DNA of 37,271 nucleotides. Origin: Chloroflexota bacterium (GTDB taxonomy: Bacteria > Chloroflexota > Chloroflexia > QHBQ01). Of the stretch, positions 34,888 to 37,271 are shown one piece after another; positions within the stretch are counted from its first letter, which is position 1; each line of letters opens with the position of its first letter. The notes under the pieces were generated by a model. The model searched no databases and was not told the origin of the DNA. It saw only the letters and a list, made by a program, of their open reading frames with translations. The DNA lies in the NCBI GenBank assembly GCA_043754535.1, contig JAYUUN010000069.1, forward strand, positions 1-37,271, written 5' to 3'. The translations under genes and the position numbers were made by a program.

Positions 34888-36639
34888 ATGACAGACTTCT
34901 ACAACCAGAATAGCCTTCTGCTCAACCAGCTTGCGATCAGCGCACTGCTGGCTCTTAGCGTATACATAACCCTTTCTGCTGCGATGCTGTCGTTGGCAAA
35001 CGCCGCCTTCATGGGCCTGGGGGCGTACTCCTCTGCCCTGTGCAGTCAGCATTTCGGCTGGCAACTCTTGCCTGCCCTGCTGCTTGGTGGGCTGGTGGCG
35101 GCAGTGGTTGCCTTGCCGCTCGGCGCGCCAGTGCTGAGGCTGCGCGGGGTGTTCCTTGCTATCGCCACCATTGGTTTCGGTGAGGTACTACGCGTAGTCG
35201 TCACCAACGCCGCCATCCCTGCCTTCGGCTACAAGATCGGCAATATAGACCAGGCTTACCCCGGTGGGGCAGAGGGGCTGCGCCTCAGTCAGCCGCCCCT
35301 GACCAACGGCTGGTACAGCTACGGCGCATTGCTCGCCCTCATCTACTTCTTTTGGAGGCTACGCGGGTCGCGGATGGGCCGCGCCCTGGCCGCCATCCGC
35401 GAGGATGAGACGGCGGCAGAGAGCATCGGCGTTGATGTGCGCCGCTACAAGCTGATCGCCTTTGTTCTCAGTGCGTTCATTGCGGGCTGGGCGGGCGGCC
35501 TCAGCGCGCACCTCTACGCCTTCATCAACCCCAACGACTTCGGCTTCAGTCGGGCGGTAGACATCCTCACCTACGCGGTCGTTGGTGGCACCTTCAGCTT
35601 TGTTGGCCCAATCCTCGGTGCGCTGCTGATCACCAGCCTGCCAGAGTTGCTCCGCTTCCTGCAAGAGTACCGCCAGGTGTTCAGCGGGGCGGTGCTGCTG
35701 CTGGTTATCCTCTTTTTGCCCGGCGGCTTGTTCGGGCTGTTCAGCAAGGTTGTGCGAGGCAAGCGCACGCTTCTAGTCGGCATACCCCCTGCGTTCAGCC
35801 CGCCAGGGTTGGTCAGCGAAGCGGGTGGCACAGCAGGGGGAGACGAACCAGCCAGCCTGCGCCCTCCTGAACCACTTGCGGAGCCGCTGCTGCAAATCAG
35901 CCATCTAAGCCGCCGCTTCGGGGGGGTGATAGCGGTGGACGATGTGAGCCTGACGGTTGCACGCGGTGACGTGTTCGGTTTGATTGGGCCAAACGGCGCA
36001 GGCAAGACGACGCTGGTCAACCTGATCAGTGGGGTACTCGCCCCCAGCGGCGGCCAGATCAGCTTCAAAGGCCAGGTGATCAACGGCCTGCCACCCCACC
36101 GCCTCAGCACGCTCGGTCTGGCGCGTACTTACCAAAACATCCGCCTATTCCCTACCCTCAGCGTGTTGGACAACGTGCTGGTGGGCCTACATGGTCGCAC
36201 CCGCAGCAATCTGCTAGCCCGCCTGTTCTTCAGCCGACGGGTGCGCGCCGAGGAGCAGCACAACAGCTTGCGGGCAATGGAGCTACTCTATCGTTTTGGG
36301 CTACATACCTACGCCTACGAGCCAGCCGCCTCCCTCTCCTATGGCGATCAGCGGCGGTTGGAGATGGCCCGCGCCCTCGCCACCGGCCCAACTATGCTGC
36401 TGCTGGATGAGCCAGCCGCTGGGCTGAACAACGCAGAGACAGCCACTCTGCGTGAACTGCTGCGCCAGTTCGCTGCCGAAGGTATTACCATCCTGCTGAT
36501 CGAGCATGATATGCCCCTTGTGATGGGCGTGTGCGACGAGGTGGCGGTGCTGAACTTTGGGCGCAAACTGGCCGAAGACACCCCTGCTCGCATCAGCAGC
36601 GACCCACAGGTGATCGAGGCATATCTCGGCAGCGAGTAG
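34888..36639 (+). CDS. livM: Fused LivM permease-LivG ATPase
   Basis: LRLRGVFLAIATIGFGE and AIREDE in the permease half; GPNGAGKT, LSYGDQRRLE, LDEPAAG and VIEAYLG in the ATPase half. Confidence 0.92.
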   Translation: MTDFYNQNSLLLNQLAISALLALSVYITLSAAMLSLANAAFMGLGAYSSALCSQHFGWQLLPALLLGGLVAAVVALPLGAPVLRLRGVFLAIATIGFGEVLRVVVTNAAIPAFGYKIGNIDQAYPGGAEGLRLSQPPLTNGWYSYGALLALIYFFWRLRGSRMGRALAAIREDETAAESIGVDVRRYKLIAFVLSAFIAGWAGGLSAHLYAFINPNDFGFSRAVDILTYAVVGGTFSFVGPILGALLITSLPELLRFLQEYRQVFSGAVLLLVILFLPGGLFGLFSKVVRGKRTLLVGIPPAFSPPGLVSEAGGTAGGDEPASLRPPEPLAEPLLQISHLSRRFGGVIAVDDVSLTVARGDVFGLIGPNGAGKTTLVNLISGVLAPSGGQISFKGQVINGLPPHRLSTLGLARTYQNIRLFPTLSVLDNVLVGLHGRTRSNLLARLFFSRRVRAEEQHNSLRAMELLYRFGLHTYAYEPAASLSYGDQRRLEMARALATGPTMLLLDEPAAGLNNAETATLRELLRQFAAEGITILLIEHDMPLVMGVCDEVAVLNFGRKLAEDTPARISSDPQVIEAYLGSE

Positions 36640-36651
36640 AAGCAGGCGAGC

Positions 36652-36679
36652 AAACAAAAAAGACACCAGTGCGGTGTCT
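36652..36679 (-). terminator. Intrinsic terminator of tuf-rpmG
   Basis: AGACACC-GCACT-GGTGTCT followed by TTTTTGTTT on the minus strand. Confidence 0.8.
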
Positions 36680-36726
36680 CTCGTGTACCCTGTGCCAGCC
36701 ACCCCCGTAAGGAGGTGGGACTGGAG

Positions 36727-36888
36727 TTACTTGGCCTCTTTGTACGTAACCTTGCGGCGCACGATGGGATCAAACTTCTTCAGTTCAAGGCGTTGCGGGT
36801 CGTTCTTCTTATTCTTCTGAGTGTAGTAGACGTGGCCGCTTTCGCTGCTTCGCAGCTTAATCAGGCCGCGATTATCTTTCTTCGCCAT
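36727..36888 (-). CDS. rpmG: 50S ribosomal protein L33, zinc-free form
   Basis: [27 protein letters not shown]...[17 protein letters not shown]. Confidence 0.95.
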   Translation of the reverse strand: MAKKDNRGLIKLRSSESGHVYYTQKNKKNDPQRLELKKFDPIVRRKVTYKEAK

Positions 36889-36971
36889 TGTCCAGCCTCC
36901 TGCTAGGGGCGGGTAGCACAAACTTTGCTGCGCTACCCACCATAACCTTCCCCAACTCCCCGCAAGGGCAG

Positions 36972-37271
36972 TTAGGCGATAATCTTGGTCACGACCCCTG
37001 CACCAACCGTGCGTCCACCCTCGCGGATGGCGAAGTGCAACCCTTCTTCCATCGCCACTGGCACGATCAACGTCACATCCATCTGCACGTTGTCTCCTGG
37101 CACGACCATCTCCATCCCATCCGGCAGCTTGATCGCCCCAGTCACGTCCGTCGTCCGTACGTAGAACTGCGGTCGGTACCCGTTGAAGAACGGCGTGTGT
37201 CGCCCTCCTTCATCCTTGCTCAACACGTACACCTCCGCCATGAAGTGCGTGTGCGGCTTGATGCTCCCTGG
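36972..37271 (-). CDS. tuf: Elongation factor Tu, C-terminal fragment (truncated by window edge)
   Basis: PGSIKPHT...[25 protein letters not shown]...[15 protein letters not shown]. Confidence 0.97.
   Translation of the reverse strand, partial: PGSIKPHTHFMAEVYVLSKDEGGRHTPFFNGYRPQFYVRTTDVTGAIKLPDGMEMVVPGDNVQMDVTLIVPVAMEEGLHFAIREGGRTVGAGVVTKIIA

Overview
GC-rich bacterial chromosomal window. The lineage is probably Chloroflexota, inferred from Pro/Thr-linker lipoproteins, the tuf-rpmG order and near-consensus sigma-A promoters. It is densely coding, and I found no tRNA, rRNA, CRISPR array or mobile element. In order it holds: a degenerate ArsC/LMW-PTP gene, a 7-bladed WD40 protein, a lipoprotein and an orphan ANTAR response regulator; a minus-strand cluster of PspA/IM30, a solute-binding protein, a membrane coiled-coil protein, a LivJ-like binding protein and an SRPBCC protein; citrate synthase and a stand-alone infC with an AUC start; an NRAMP-related transporter, a DosS-like GAF-PAS kinase, an OmpR regulator and DoxX; TPR and GGDEF genes; an Opp/Dpp operon with two inserted genes; an orphan GAF-HisKA_3 kinase; a CoA-transferase-fold pair and an acyl-CoA ligase; a Liv-type ABC operon lacking livF; and rpmG with the 3' end of tuf. 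Best candidates for undescribed biology: (1) a heme-GAF gas sensor apparently rewired to an OmpR regulator, with three identically phased GGTGAA triple-repeat operators upstream of the transporter/kinase, the regulator and doxX; (2) a riboswitch-like ~200-nt leader ahead of an Opp operon whose OppA has a 30%-Met linker and which contains a translationally coupled Pat/MddA-type acetyltransferase; (3) a PspA (ESCRT-III-like) envelope module with orphan binding proteins.
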